In this document: one piece after another, positions 29,001 to 42,259 of the stretch | Position numbering within the stretch: position 1 is the stretch's first letter | Layout of the letters: the number at the start of each line of letters is the position of its first letter | Source: Eledone cirrhosa | Lineage: Eukaryota | Direction of reading: 5' to 3' | DNA length: 64,000 nt | Assembly: GCA_964016885.1 (NCBI GenBank) | Contig: OZ024742.1 | Location: 361,212,001-361,276,000 of the forward strand | Translations under genes and position numbers: made by a program | Notes under the pieces: generated by a model | Databases searched by the model: none | What the model saw: the letters and a program-made list of their open reading frames with translations, nothing else | What the model was told of the DNA's origin: nothing

Positions 29001-32000
29001 TAGGAATGTATCACTAGATAGAATTTACGCTAGGAATGTATCGCTGGATAGAATTACGTTAGGAAAGTATCGCTGGATAGAATTTATGCTAAGAAAGAAT
29101 CGCCAGATAGAATTTATGCTAGGAAAGTATCGCTAGATAGAATTTACGCTAGGAATGTATCACTAGATAGAATTTACGCTAGGAAAGAATCGCTAGATAG
29201 AATTTACGCTAGGAAAGAATCGCTAGATAGAATTTATGCTAGGAAAGTATCGCTAGATAGAATTTACGCTAGGAATGTATCACTAGATAGAATTTATGCT
29301 AGGAAAGTATCGCTGGATAGAATTTACGCTAGGAAAGAATCGCTAGATAGAATTTACGCTAGGAAAGAATCGCTAGATAGAATTTATGCTAGGAAAGTAT
29401 CGCTAGATAGAATTTACGCTAGGAATGTATCACTAGATAGAATTTACGCTAGGAATGTATCGCTGGATAGAATTACGTTAGGAAAGTATCGCTGGATAGA
29501 ATTTATGCTAAGAAAGAATCGCCAGATAGAATTTATGCTAGGAAAGTATCGCTAGATAGAATTTACGCTAGGAATGTATCACTAGATAGAATTTACGCTA
29601 GGAAAGAATCGCTAGATAGAATTTACGCTTGGAAAGAATCGCTAGATAGAATTTATGCTAGGAAAGTATCGCTAGATGGAATTTACGCTAGGAATGTATC
29701 ACTAGATAGATTTTACGCTAGGAATGTATCACTAGATAGAATTTATGCTAGGAAAGTATCGCTGGATAGAATTTACGCTAGGAAAGAATCGCTAGATAGA
29801 ATTTACGCTAGGAAAGAATCGCTAGATAGAATTTATGCTAGGAAAGTATCGCTAGATAGAATTTACGCTAGGAATGTATCACTAGATAGAATTTACGCTA
29901 GGAATGTATCGCTGGATAGAATTACGTTAGGAAAGTATCGCTGGATAGAATTTATGCTAAGAAAGAATCGCCAGATAGAATTTATGCTAGGAAAGTATCG
30001 CTAGATAGAATTTACGCTAGGAATGTATCACTAGATAGAATTTACGCTAGGAAAGAATCGCTAGATAGAATTTACGCTAGGAAAGAATCGCTAGATAGAA
30101 TTTATGCTAGGAAAGTATCGCTAGATGGAATTTACGCTAGGAATGTATCACTAGATAGATTTTACGCTAGGAATGTATCACTAGATAGAATTTATGCTAG
30201 GAAAGTATCGCTGGATAGAATTTACGCTAGGAAAGAATCGCTAGATAGAATTTATGCTAGGAAAGAATCGCTAGATAGAATTTACGCTAGGAATGTATCA
30301 CTAGATAGAATTTATGCTAGGAAAGTATCGCTGGATAGAATTTACGCTAGGAAAGAATCGGTAGATAGAATTTACGCTAGGAAAGAATCGCTAGATAGAA
30401 TTTATGCTAGGAAAGTATCGCTAGATAGAATTTACGCTAGGAATGTATCACTAGATAGAATTTATGCTAGGAAAGTATCGCTGGATAGAATTTACGCTAG
30501 GAAAGTATCGCTAGATAGAATTTATGCTAGGAAAGTATCGCTGGATAGAATTTACGCTAGGAAAGAATCGCTAGATAGAATTTACGCTAGGAAAGAATCG
30601 CTAGATAGAATTTATGCTAGGAAAGTATCGCTAGATAGAATTTACGCTAGGAATGTATCACTAGATAGAATTTATGCTAGGAATGTATCACTAGATAGAA
30701 TTTATGCTAGGAAAGTATCGCTGGATAGAATTTACTCTAGGAAAGAATCGCTAGATAGAATTTATGCTAGGAAAGTATCGCTAGATAGAATTTACGCTAG
30801 GAATGTATCACTAGATAGAATTTATGCTAGGAAAGTATCGCTGGATAGAATTTACGCTAGGAAAGAATCGCTAGATAGAATTTACGCTAGGAAAGAATCG
30901 CTAGATAGAATTTATGCTAGGAAAGTATCGCTAGATAGAATTTACGCAAGGAATGTATCACTAGATAGAATTTACGCTAGGAATGTATCGCTGGATAGAA
31001 TTACGTTAGGAAAGTATCGCTGGATAGAATTTATGCTAAGAAAGAATCGCCAGATAGAATTTATGCTAGGAAAGTATCGCTAGATAGAATTTACGCTAGG
31101 AATGTATCACTAGATAGAATTTACGCTAGGAAAGAATCGCTAGATAGAATTTACGCTAGGAAAGAATCGCTAGATAGAATTTATGCTAGGAAAGTATCGC
31201 TAGATAGAATTTACGCTAGGAATGTATCACTAGATAGAATTTACGCTAGGAATGTATCACTAGATAGAATTTATGCTAGGAAAGTATCGCTGGATAGAAT
31301 TTACGCTAGGAAAGAATCGCTAGATAGAATTTATGCTAGGAAAGTATCGCTAGATAGAATTTACGCTAGGAATGTATCACTAGATAGAATTTACGCTAGG
31401 AATGTATCGCTGGATAGAATTACGTTAGGAAAGTATCGCTGGATAGAATTTATGCTAGGAAAGTATCGCTAGATAGAATTTATGCTAGGAAAGTATCGCT
31501 AGATAGAATTTACGCTAGGAATGTATCACTAGATAGAATTTATGCTAGGAAAGTATCGCTGGATAGAATTTACGCTAGGAAAGAATCGCTAGATAGAATT
31601 TATGCTAGGAAAGAATCGCTAGATAGAATTTACGCTAGGAATGTATCACTAGATAGAATTTATGCTAGGAAAGTATCGCTGGATAGAATTTACGCTAGGA
31701 AAGTATCGCTAGATAGAATTTATGCTAGGAAAGTATCGCTGGATAGAATTTACGCTAGGAAAGAATCGCTAGATAGAATTTACGCTAGGAAAGAATCGCT
31801 AGATAGAATTTATGCTAGGAAAGTATCGCTAGATAGAATTTACGCTAGGAATGTATCACTAGATAGAATTTATGCTAGGAAAGTATCGCTGGATAGAATT
31901 TACGCTAGGAAAGAATCGCTAGATAGAATTTACGCTAGGAAAGAATCGCTAGATAGAATTTATGCTAGGAAAGTATCGCTAGATAGAATTTACGCTAGGA

Positions 32001-35000
32001 ATGTATCACTAGATAGAATTTACGCTAGGAATGTATCGCTGGATAGAATTACGTTAGGAAAGTATCGCTGGATAGAATTTATGCTAAGAAAGAATCGCCA
32101 GATAGAATTTATGCTAGGAAAGTATCGCTAGATAGAATTTACGCTAGGAATGTATCACTAGATAGAATTTACGCTAGGAAAGAATCGCTAGATAGAATTT
32201 ACGCTAGGAAAGAATCGCTAGATAGAATTTATGCTAGGAAAGTATCGCTAGATGGAATTTACGCTAGGAATGTATCACTAGATAGATTTTACGCTAGGAA
32301 TGTATCACTAGATAGAATTTATGCTAGGAAAGTATCGCTGGATAGAATTTACGCTAGGAAAGAATCGCTAGATAGAATTTATGCTAGGAAAGAATCGCTA
32401 GATAGAATTTACGCTAGGAATGTATCACTAGATAGAATTTATGCTAGGAAAGTATCGCTGGATAGAATTTACGCTAGGAAAGAATCGGTAGATAGAATTT
32501 ACGCTAGGAAAGAATCGCTAGATAGAATTTATGCTAGGAAAGTATCGCTAGATAGAATTTACGCTAGGAATGTATCACTAGATAGAATTTATGCTAGGAA
32601 AGTATCGCTGGATAGAATTTACGCTAGGAAAGTATCGCTAGATAGAATTTATGCTAGGAAAGTATCGCTGGATAGAATTTACGCTAGGAAAGAATCGCTA
32701 GATAGAATTTACGCTAGGAAAGAATCGCTAGATAGAATTTATGCTAGGAAAGTATCGCTAGATAGAATTTACGCTAGGAATGTATCACTAGATAGAATTT
32801 ATGCTAGGAATGTATCACTAGATAGAATTTATGCTAGGAAAGTATCGCTGGATAGAATTTACGCTAGGAAAGAATCGCTAGATAGAATTTATGCTAGGAA
32901 AGTATCGCTAGATAGAATTTACGCTAGAAATGTATCACTAGATAGAATTTACGCTAGGAATGTATCGCTGGATAGAATTACGTTAGGAAAGTATCGCTGG
33001 ATAGAATTTATGCTAGGAAAGAATCGCTAGATAGAATTTATGCTAGGAAAGAATCGCTAGATAGAATTTATGCTAGGAAAGTATCGCTAGATAGAATTTA
33101 CGCTAGGAATGTATCACTAGATAGAATTTATGCTAGGAAAGTATTGCTGGATAGAATTTACGCTAGGAAAGAATCGCTAGATAGAATTTATGCTAGGAAA
33201 GAATCGCTAGATAGAATTTACGCTAGGAAAGAATCGCTAGATAGAATTTACGCTAGGAATGTATCACTAGATAGAATTTACGCTAGGAATGTATCGCTGG
33301 ATAGAATTACGTTAGGAAACTATCGCTAGATAGAATTTATGCTAGGAAAGTATCGCTGGATAGAATTTACGCTAGGAAAGAATCGCTAGATAGAATTTAC
33401 GCTAGGAAAGAATCGCTAGATAGAATTTATGCTAGGAAAGTATCGCTAGATAGAATTTACGCTAGGAATGTATCACTAGATAGAATTTACGCTAGGAATG
33501 TATCGCTGGATAGAATTACGTTAGGAAAGTATCGCTGGATAGAATTTATGCTAAGAAAGAATCGCCAGATAGAATTTATGCTAGGAAAGTATCGCTAGAT
33601 AGAATTTACGCTAGGAATGTATCACTAGATAGAATTTACGCTAGGAAAGAATCGCTAGATAGAATTTACGCTAGGAAAGAATCGCTAGATAGAATTTATG
33701 CTAGGAAAGTATCGCTAGATAGAATTTACGCTAGGAATGTATCACTAGATAGAATTTACGCTAGGAATGTATCACTAGATAGAATTTATGCTAGGAAAGT
33801 ATCGCTGGATAGAATTTACGCTAGGAAAGAATCGCTAGATAGAATTTATGCTAGGAAAGTATCGCTAGATAGAATTTACGCTAGGAATGTATCACTAGAT
33901 AGAATTTACGCTAGGAATGTATCGCTGGATAGAATTTACGCTAGGAAAGAATCGCTAGATAGAATTTACGCTAGGAAAGAATCGCTAGATAGAATTTATG
34001 CTAGGAAAGTATCGCTAGATAGAATTTACGCTAGGAATGTATCACTAGATAGAATTTATGCTAGGAATGTATCACTAGATAGAATTTATGCTAGGAAAGT
34101 ATCGCTGGATAGAATTTACGCTAGGAAAGAATCGCTAGATAGAATTTATGCTAGGAAAGTATCGCTAGATAGAATTTACGCTAGAAATGTATCACTAGAT
34201 AGAATTTACGCTAGGAATGTATCGCTGGATAGAATTACGTTAGGAAAGTATCGCTGGATAGAATTTATGCTAGGAAAGAATCGCTAGATAGAATTTATGC
34301 TAGGAAAGTATCGCTAGATAGAATTTACGCTAGGAATGTATCACTAGATAGAATTTATGCTAGGAAAGTATCGCTGGATAGAATTTACGCTAGGAAAGAA
34401 TCGCTAGATAGAATTTATGCTAGGAAAGAATCGCTAGATAGAATTTACGCTAGGAAAGAATCGCTAGATAGAATTTATGCTAGGAAAGTATCGCTAGATA
34501 GAATTTACGCTAGGAATGTATCACTAGATAGAATTTATGCTAGGAAAGTATCGCTGGATAGAATTTACGCTAGGAAACTATCGCTAGATAGAATTTATGC
34601 TAGGAAAGTATCGCTGGATAGAATTTACGCTAGGAAAGAATCGCTAGATAGAATTTACGCTAGGAAAGAATCGCTAGATAGAATTTATGCTAGGAAAGTA
34701 TCGCTAGATAGAATTTACGCTAGGAATGTATCACTAGATAGAATTTACGCTAGGAATGTATCGCTGGATAGAATTACGTTAGGAAAGTATCGCTGGATAG
34801 AATTTATGCTAAGAAAGAATCGCCAGATAGAATTTATGCTAGGAAAGTATCGCTAGATAGAATTTACGCTAGGAATGTATCACTAGATAGAATTTACGCT
34901 AGGAAAGAATCGCTAGATAGAATTTACGCTAGGAAAGAATCGCTAGATAGAATTTATGCTAGGAAAGTATCGCTAGATAGAATTTACGCTAGGAATGTAT

Positions 35001-38000
35001 CACTAGATAGAATTTACGCTAGGAATGTATCACTAGATAGAATTTATGCTAGGAAAGTATCGCTGGATAGAATTTACGCTAGGAAAGAATCGCTAGATAG
35101 AATTTATGCTAGGAAAGTATCGCTAGATAGAATTTACGCTAGGAATGTATCACTAGATAGAATTTATGCTAGGAAAGTATCGCTGGATAGAATTTACGCT
35201 AGGAAAGAATCGCTAGATAGAATTTATGCTAGGAAAGAATCGCTAGATAGAATTTACGCTAGGAATGTATCACTAGATAGAATTTATGCTAGGAAAGTAT
35301 CGCTGGATAGAATTTACGCTAGGAAAGAATCGGTAGATAGAATTTACGCTAGGAAAGAATCGCTAGATAGAATTTATGCTAGGAAAGTATCGCTAGATAG
35401 AATTTACGCTAGGAATGTATCACTAGATAGAATTTATGCTAGGAAAGTATCGCTGGATAGAATTTACGCTAGGAAAGTATCGCTAGATATAATTTACGCT
35501 AGGAAAGAATCGCTAGATAGAATTACGCTAGGAAAGTATCACTAGATAGAATTTACGCTAGGAAAGTATGGCTAGATAGAATTTACGCTAGAAAAGTATC
35601 ACTAGATAGAATTTACGCTACGAAAGAATCGCTAGATAGAATTTACGCTAGGAATGTATCGCTGGATAGAATTACGTTAGGAAAGTATCGCTGGATAGAA
35701 TTTATGCTAAGAAAGAATCGCCAGATAGAATTTATGCTAGGAAAGTATCGCTAGATAGAATTTACGCTAGGAATGTATCACTAGATAGAATTTACGCTAG
35801 GAAAGAATCGCTAGATAGAATTTACGCTAGGAAAGAATCGCTAGATAGAATTTATGCTAGGAAAGTATCGCTAGATAGAATTTACGCTAGGAATGTATCA
35901 CTAGATAGAATTTACGCTAGGAATGTATCACTAGATAGAATTTATGCTAGGAAAGTATCGCTGGATAGAATTTACGCTAGGAAAGAATCGCTAGATAGAA
36001 TTTATGCTAGGAAAGTATCGCTAGATAGAATTTACGCTAGGAATGTATCACTAGATAGAATTTATGCTAGGAAAGTATCGCTGGATAGAATTTACGCTAG
36101 GAAAGAATCGCTAGATAGAATTTATGCTAGGAAAGAATCGCTAGATAGAATTTACGCTAGGAATGTATCACTAGATAGAATTTATGCTAGGAAAGTATCG
36201 CTGGATAGAATTTACGCTAGGAAAGAATCGGTAGATAGAATTTACGCTAGGAAAGAATCGCTAGATAGAATTTATGCTAGGAAAGTATCGCTAGATAGAA
36301 TTTACGCTAGGAATGTATCACTAGATAGAATTTATGCTAGGAAAGTATCGCTGGATAGAATTTACGCTAGGAAAGTATCGCTAGATAGAATTTATGCTAG
36401 GAAAGTATCGCTGGATAGAATTTACGCTAGGAAAGAATCGCTAGATAGAATTTACGCTAGGAAAGAATCGCTAGATAGAATTTATGCTAGGAAAGTATCG
36501 CTAGATAGAATTTACGCTAGGAATGTATCACTAGATAGAATTTATGCTAGGAAAGTATCGCTGGATAGAATTTACGCTAGGAAAGAATCGCTAGATAGAA
36601 TTTACGCTAGGAAAGAATCGCTAGATAGAATTTATGCTAGGAAAGTATCGCTAGATAGAATTTACGCTAGGAATGTATCACTAGATAGAATTTACGCTAG
36701 GAATGTATCGCTGGATAGAATTACGTTAGGAAAGTATCGCTGGATAGAATTTATGCTAAGAAAGAATCGCCAGATAGAATTTATGCTAGGAAAGTATCGC
36801 TAGATAGAATTTACGCTAGGAATGTATCACTAGATAGAATTTACGCTAGGAAAGAATCGCTAGATAGAATTTACGCTAGGAAAGAATCGCTAGATAGAAT
36901 TTATGCTAGGAAAGTATCGCTAGATAGAATTTACGCTAGGAATGTATCACTAGATAGAATTTATGCTAGGAAAGTATCGCTGGATAGAATTTACGCTAGG
37001 AAAGAATCGCTAGATAGAATTTATGCTAGGAAAGTATCGCTAGATAGAATTTACGCTAGGAATGTATCACTAGATAGAATTTATGCTAGGAAAGTATCGC
37101 TGGATAGAATTTACGCTAGGAAAGAATCGCTAGATAGAATTTATGCTAGGAAAGAATCGCTAGATAGAATTTACGCTAGGAATGTATCACTAGATAGAAT
37201 TTATGCTAGGAAAGTATCGCTGGATAGAATTTACGCTAGGAAAGAATCGGTAGATAGAATTTACGCTAGGAAAGAATCGCTAGATAGAATTTATTATAGG
37301 AAAGTATCGCTGGATAGAATTTACGCTAGGAAAGAATCGCTAGATAGAATTTACGCTAGGAAAGAATCGCTAGATAGAATTTATGCTAGGAAAGTATCGC
37401 TAGATAGAATTTACGCTAGGAATGTATCACTAGATAGAATTTATGCTAGGAAAGTATCGCTGGATAGAATTTACGCTAGGAAAGTATCGCTAGATATAAT
37501 TTACGCTAGGAAAGAATCGCTAGATAGAATTACGCTAGGAAAGTATCACTAGATAGAATTTACGCTAGGAAAGTATGGCTAGATAGAATTTACGCTAGAA
37601 AAGTATCACTAGATAGAATTTACGCTACGAAAGAATCGCTAGATAGAATTTACGCTAGGAATGTATCGCTGGATAGAATTACGTTAGGAAAGTATCGCTG
37701 GATAGAATTTATGCTAAGAAAGAATCGCCAGATAGAATTTATGCTAGGAAAGTATCGCTAGATAGAATTTACGCTAGGAATGTATCACTAGATAGAATTT
37801 ACGCTAGGAAAGAATCGCTAGATAGAATTTACGCTAGGAAAGAATCGCTAGATAGAATTTATGCTAGGAAAGTATCGCTAGATAGAATTTACGCTAGGAA
37901 TGTATCACTAGATAGAATTTACGCTAGGAATGTATCACTAGATAGAATTTATGCTAGGAAAGTATCGCTGGATAGAATTTACGCTAGGAAAGAATCGCTA

Positions 38001-41000
38001 GATAGAATTTATGCTAGGAAAATATCGCTAGATAGAATTTACGCTAGGAATGTATCACTAGATAGAATTTATGCTAGGAAAGTGTCGCTGGATAGAATTT
38101 ACGCTAGGAAAGAATCGCTAGATAGAATTTATGCTAGGAAAGAATCGCTAGATAGAATTTACGCTAGGAATGTATCACTAGATAGAATTTATGCTAGGAA
38201 AGTATCGCTGGATAGAATTTACGCTAGGAAAGAATCGGTAGATAGAATTTACGCTAGGAAAGAATCGCTAGATAGAATTTATGCTAGGAAAGTATCGCTA
38301 GATAGAATTTACGCTAGGAATGTATCACTAGATAGAATTTATGCTAGGAAAGTATCGCTGGATAGAATTTACGCTAGGAAAGTATCGCTAGATAGAATTT
38401 ATGCTAGGAAAGTATCGCTGGATAGAATTTACGCTAGGAAAGAATCACTAGATAGAATTTACGCTAGGAAAGAATCGCTAGATAGAATTTATGCTAGGAA
38501 AGAATCGCTAGATAGAATTTACGCTAGGAATGTATCACTAGATAGAATTTATGCTAGGAAAGTATCGCTGGATAGAATTTACGCTAGGAAAGAATCGGTA
38601 GATAGAATTTACGCTGGGAAAGAATCGCTAGATAGAATTTATGCTAGGAAAGTATCGCTAGATAGAATTTACGCTAGGAATGTATCACTAGATAGAATTT
38701 ATGCTAGGAAAGTATCGCTGGATAGAATTTACGCTAGGAAAGTATCGCTAGATAGAATTTATGCTAGGAAAGTATCGCTGGATAGAATTTACGCTAGGAA
38801 AGAATCGCTAGATAGAATTTACGCTAGGAAAGAATCGCTAGATAGAATTTATGCTAGGAAAGTATCGCTAGATAGAATTTACGCTAGGAATGTATCACTA
38901 GATAGAATTTATGCTAGGAAAGTATCGCTGGATAGAATTTACGCTAGGAAAGTATCGCTAGATATAATTTACGCTAGGAAAGAATCGCTAGATAGAATTA
39001 CGCTAGGAAAGTATCACTAGATAGAATTTACGCTACGAAAGTATGGCTAGATAGAATTTACGCTAGAAAAGTATCACTAGATAGAATTTACGCTACGAAA
39101 GAATCGCTAGATAGAATTTACGCTAGGAAAGTATCACTAGATAGAATTTACGCTAGGAAAGTATCGCTAGATAGAATTTACGCTAGGAAATTATCACTAG
39201 ATAGAATTTACGCTAGGAAAGTATCACTAGATAGAATTACGTTGGGAATGTATCACTAGATAGAATTTACGCTAGGAAAGTATCGCTAGATAGAATTTAC
39301 GCTGGGAAAGTATCGCTAGATAGAATTTATGTTAGGAAAGTATCGCTGGATAGAATTTATGCTAGGAAAGTATCGCTGGATCGAATTTACGCTAGGAAAG
39401 TATCGCTAGATAGAATTTATGCTGGGAAAGTATCGCTAGATAGAATTAGGCTAGGAAAGTATCGCTGGATAGAATTTACGCTGGGAAAGTATCGCTAGGT
39501 AGAATTTATGCTAGGAAAGTATCGCTAGATAGAATTACGCTAGGAAAGTATCACTAGATAGAATTTACGCTAGGAAAGTATCACTAGATAGAATTACGTT
39601 AGGAATGTATCACTAGATAGAATTTACGCTGGGAAAGTATCGCTAGATAGAATTTAAGCTAGGAAAGTATCGCTAGATAGAATTTATGCTAGGAAAGTAT
39701 CGCTGGATAGAATTTATGCTAGGAAAGTATCGCTGGATAGAATTTACTCTAGAAAAGTATCACTAGATAGAATTCACGCTAGGAAAGTATCGCTAGATAG
39801 AATTTACGCTAGCAAAGAATCGCTAGATAGAATTTATGCTAGGAAAGTATCGCTAGATAGAATTTACGCTAGGAATGTATCACTAGATAGAATTTATGCT
39901 AGGAAAGTATCGCTGGATAGAATTTACGCTAGGAAAGAATCGCTAGATAGAATTTACGCTAGGAAAGAATCGCTAGATAGAATTTATGCTAGGAAAGTAT
40001 CGCTAGATAGAATTTACGCTAGGAATGTATCACTAGATAGAATTTACGCTAGGAATGTATCACTAGATAGAATTTATGCTAGGAAAGTATCGCTGGATAG
40101 AATTTACGCTAGGAAAGAATCGCTAGATAGAATTTATGCTAGGAAAGTATCGCTAGATAGAATTTACGCTAGGAATGTATCACTAGATAGAATTTATGCT
40201 AGGAAAGTATCGCTGGATAGAATTTACGCTAGGAAAGAATCGGTAGATAGAATTTATGCTAGGAAAGTATCGCTAGATAGAATTTACGCTAGGAATGTAT
40301 CACTAGATAGAATTTATGCTAGGAAAGTATCGCTGGATAGAATTTACGCTAGGAAAGTATCGCTAGATAGAATTTATGCTAGGAAAGTATCGCTGGATAG
40401 AATTTACGCTAGGAAAGAATCGCTAGATAGAATTTACGCTAGGAAAGAATCGCTAGATAGAATTTATGCTAGGAAAGTATCGCTAGATAGAATTTACGCT
40501 AGGAATGTATCACTAGATAGAATTTATGCTAGGAAAGTATCGCTGGATAGAATTTACGCTAGGAAAGTATCGCTAGATAGAATTTACGCTAGGAAAGAAT
40601 CGCTAGATAGAATTACGCTAGGAAAGTATCACTAGATAGAATTTACGCTAGGAAAGTATGGCTAGATAGAATTTACGCTAGAAAAGTATACCTAGATAGA
40701 ATTTACGCTAGGAAAGAATCGCTAGATAGAATTTACGCTAGGAAAGTATCACTAGATAGAATTTACGCTAGGAAAGTATCGCTAGATAGAATTTACGCTG
40801 GGAAAGTATCGCTAGATAGAATTTATGTTAGGAAAGTATCGCTGGATAGAATTTATGCTAGGAAAGTATCGCTGGATAGAATTTACGCTAGGAAAGTATC
40901 GCTAGATAGAATTTATGCTAGGAAAGTATCGCTAGATAGAATTACGCTAGGAAAGTATCGCTGGATAGAATTTACGCTGGGAAAGTATCGCTATGTAGAA

Positions 41001-41484
41001 TTTATGCTAGGAAAGTATCGCTAGATAGAATTACGCTAGGAAAGTATCACTAGATAGAATTTACGCTAGGAAAGTATCACTAGATAGAATTACGTTAGGA
41101 ATGTATCACTAGATAGAATTTACGCTGGGAAAGTATCGCTAGATAGAATTTAAGCTAGGAAAGTATCGCTAGATAGAATTTATGCTAGGAAAGTATCGCT
41201 GGATAGAATTTATGCTAGGAAAGTATCGCTGGATAGAATTTACTCTAGAAAAGTATCACTAGATAGAATTCACGCTAGGAAAGTATCGCTAGATAGAATT
41301 TACGCTGGGAAAGAATCGCTGGATAGAATTTATGCTAGGAAAGTATCGCTGGATAGAATTTATGCTAGGAAAGTATCGCTGGATAGAATTTACGCTAGAA
41401 AAGTAGCACTAGATAGAATTTACGCTAGGAAAGTATCACTACATAAAATTTATGCCAGGAAAGAATCGCTGGATAGATTTTATG
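5071..41484 (+). repeat. 30-bp satellite array, about 36.4 kb and about 1,200 units; consensus GGAA(A/T)G(T/A)ATC(G/A)CT(A/G)GATAGAATTTA(C/T)GCTA
   Basis: Read directly. A few recurring unit variants, a 29-bp deletion variant (GAATTACGTTAGG) and more divergent units beyond about 38950. Confidence 0.99.
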
Positions 41485-41684
41485 GGCAAAGCGAACCAGC
41501 AGGAGACCCAGGGGTAGATCCGGAGCAAGTTCGTAGAATAATATCCATATGTTTGGTTGGTCTTACTTGGTGATCCAGCAGGATTTAGTTCAAGAGGGCT
41601 GCTTCTGACAGGACCCACAGGAAGGTGTATTTAGTGATTCTGTCCCCAGGACCCTCACAGAAATAATGAGCAAAGAAGAAGAAG
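41452..41684 (+). mobile_element. 3' end of an RTE-clade LINE ORF, continuous with the last satellite unit
   Basis: Translates as ERIAG*ILWAKRTSRRPRGRSGASS*NNIHMFGWSYLVIQ...DRTHRKVYLVILSPGPSQK*, followed by a (GAA)n tail. This resembles the RTE C-terminus (RPRGRPRxRW...LLPPRP). Confidence 0.75.
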
Positions 41685-41729
41685 GCTCTATGTCTTAATA
41701 AAGTAGCATGGCAAAAATCTCCCAGCACT

Positions 41730-41845
41730 CACTGTAAACGAGGTTGGTGTTAGGAAGGGCGTCCAGCTGTAGAAATCAAGCCAGAATCAGTTCCCATCCC
41801 ACCCTTGCAAGCAGGGAAAAAGCGGACGTAAAATGAAATGATGAA
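41730..41845 (+). mobile_element. RTE LINE / SINE 3'-UTR fragment
   Basis: GGTTGGTGTTAGGAAGGGCGTCCAGCTGTAGAAA...GGACGTAAAATGA..ATGATG, homologous to 42260-42440 (-) and 50660-50822 (+). Confidence 0.7.
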
Positions 41846-42259
41846 AAAATGAAATGATTACCTCATTGTTTCAATAATTCTTAAAATTAAACATTTGGAG
41901 GAATTTGATGAAATAATTTCATTATCAATTTTAAGCAGATGTTTGGAATATTACTTCACAAACCTCTCTTTAAAAGTAATTTTGATTGAAGATTTTCATA
42001 TATTTCAAAATGTAGAATTTCATATTACAAAACTAGGCTTGTTTCTCATGGTTTCATATCAAAGGTTAAATCTTTCAGCCTTGAGTTCAAATTAACATCT
42101 ACCATCTACACCCCTGGACAGTATATTGTCAGAGTCATTAGACCATTAGATAGAATTCTTTGCAGTAGTCATTCTTACTAAAACATTTTCCAATATTAAA
42201 TCTTACGAAGTTCTGGGAATGCTTGATATTTGGAAATGTGAGATTCACAAATATAAAAA

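Noticed and set aside
33144-39020. ORFs encoding (SLDRIYARKV/E)n
   Set aside because: One frame of the 30-bp satellite happens to have no stop. The starts are chance TTG/GTG variants, and 29-bp units break the frame repeatedly.
5071-41484. CRISPR-like array (30- or 36-bp periodicity)
   Set aside because: Units are head-to-tail with no unique spacers, there are no cas genes, and the context is eukaryotic.
41860-42250. Possible L1-type RT relic on the minus strand (SDNILSRGV)
   Set aside because: Only one short motif amid many stops; not supportable without a profile search.
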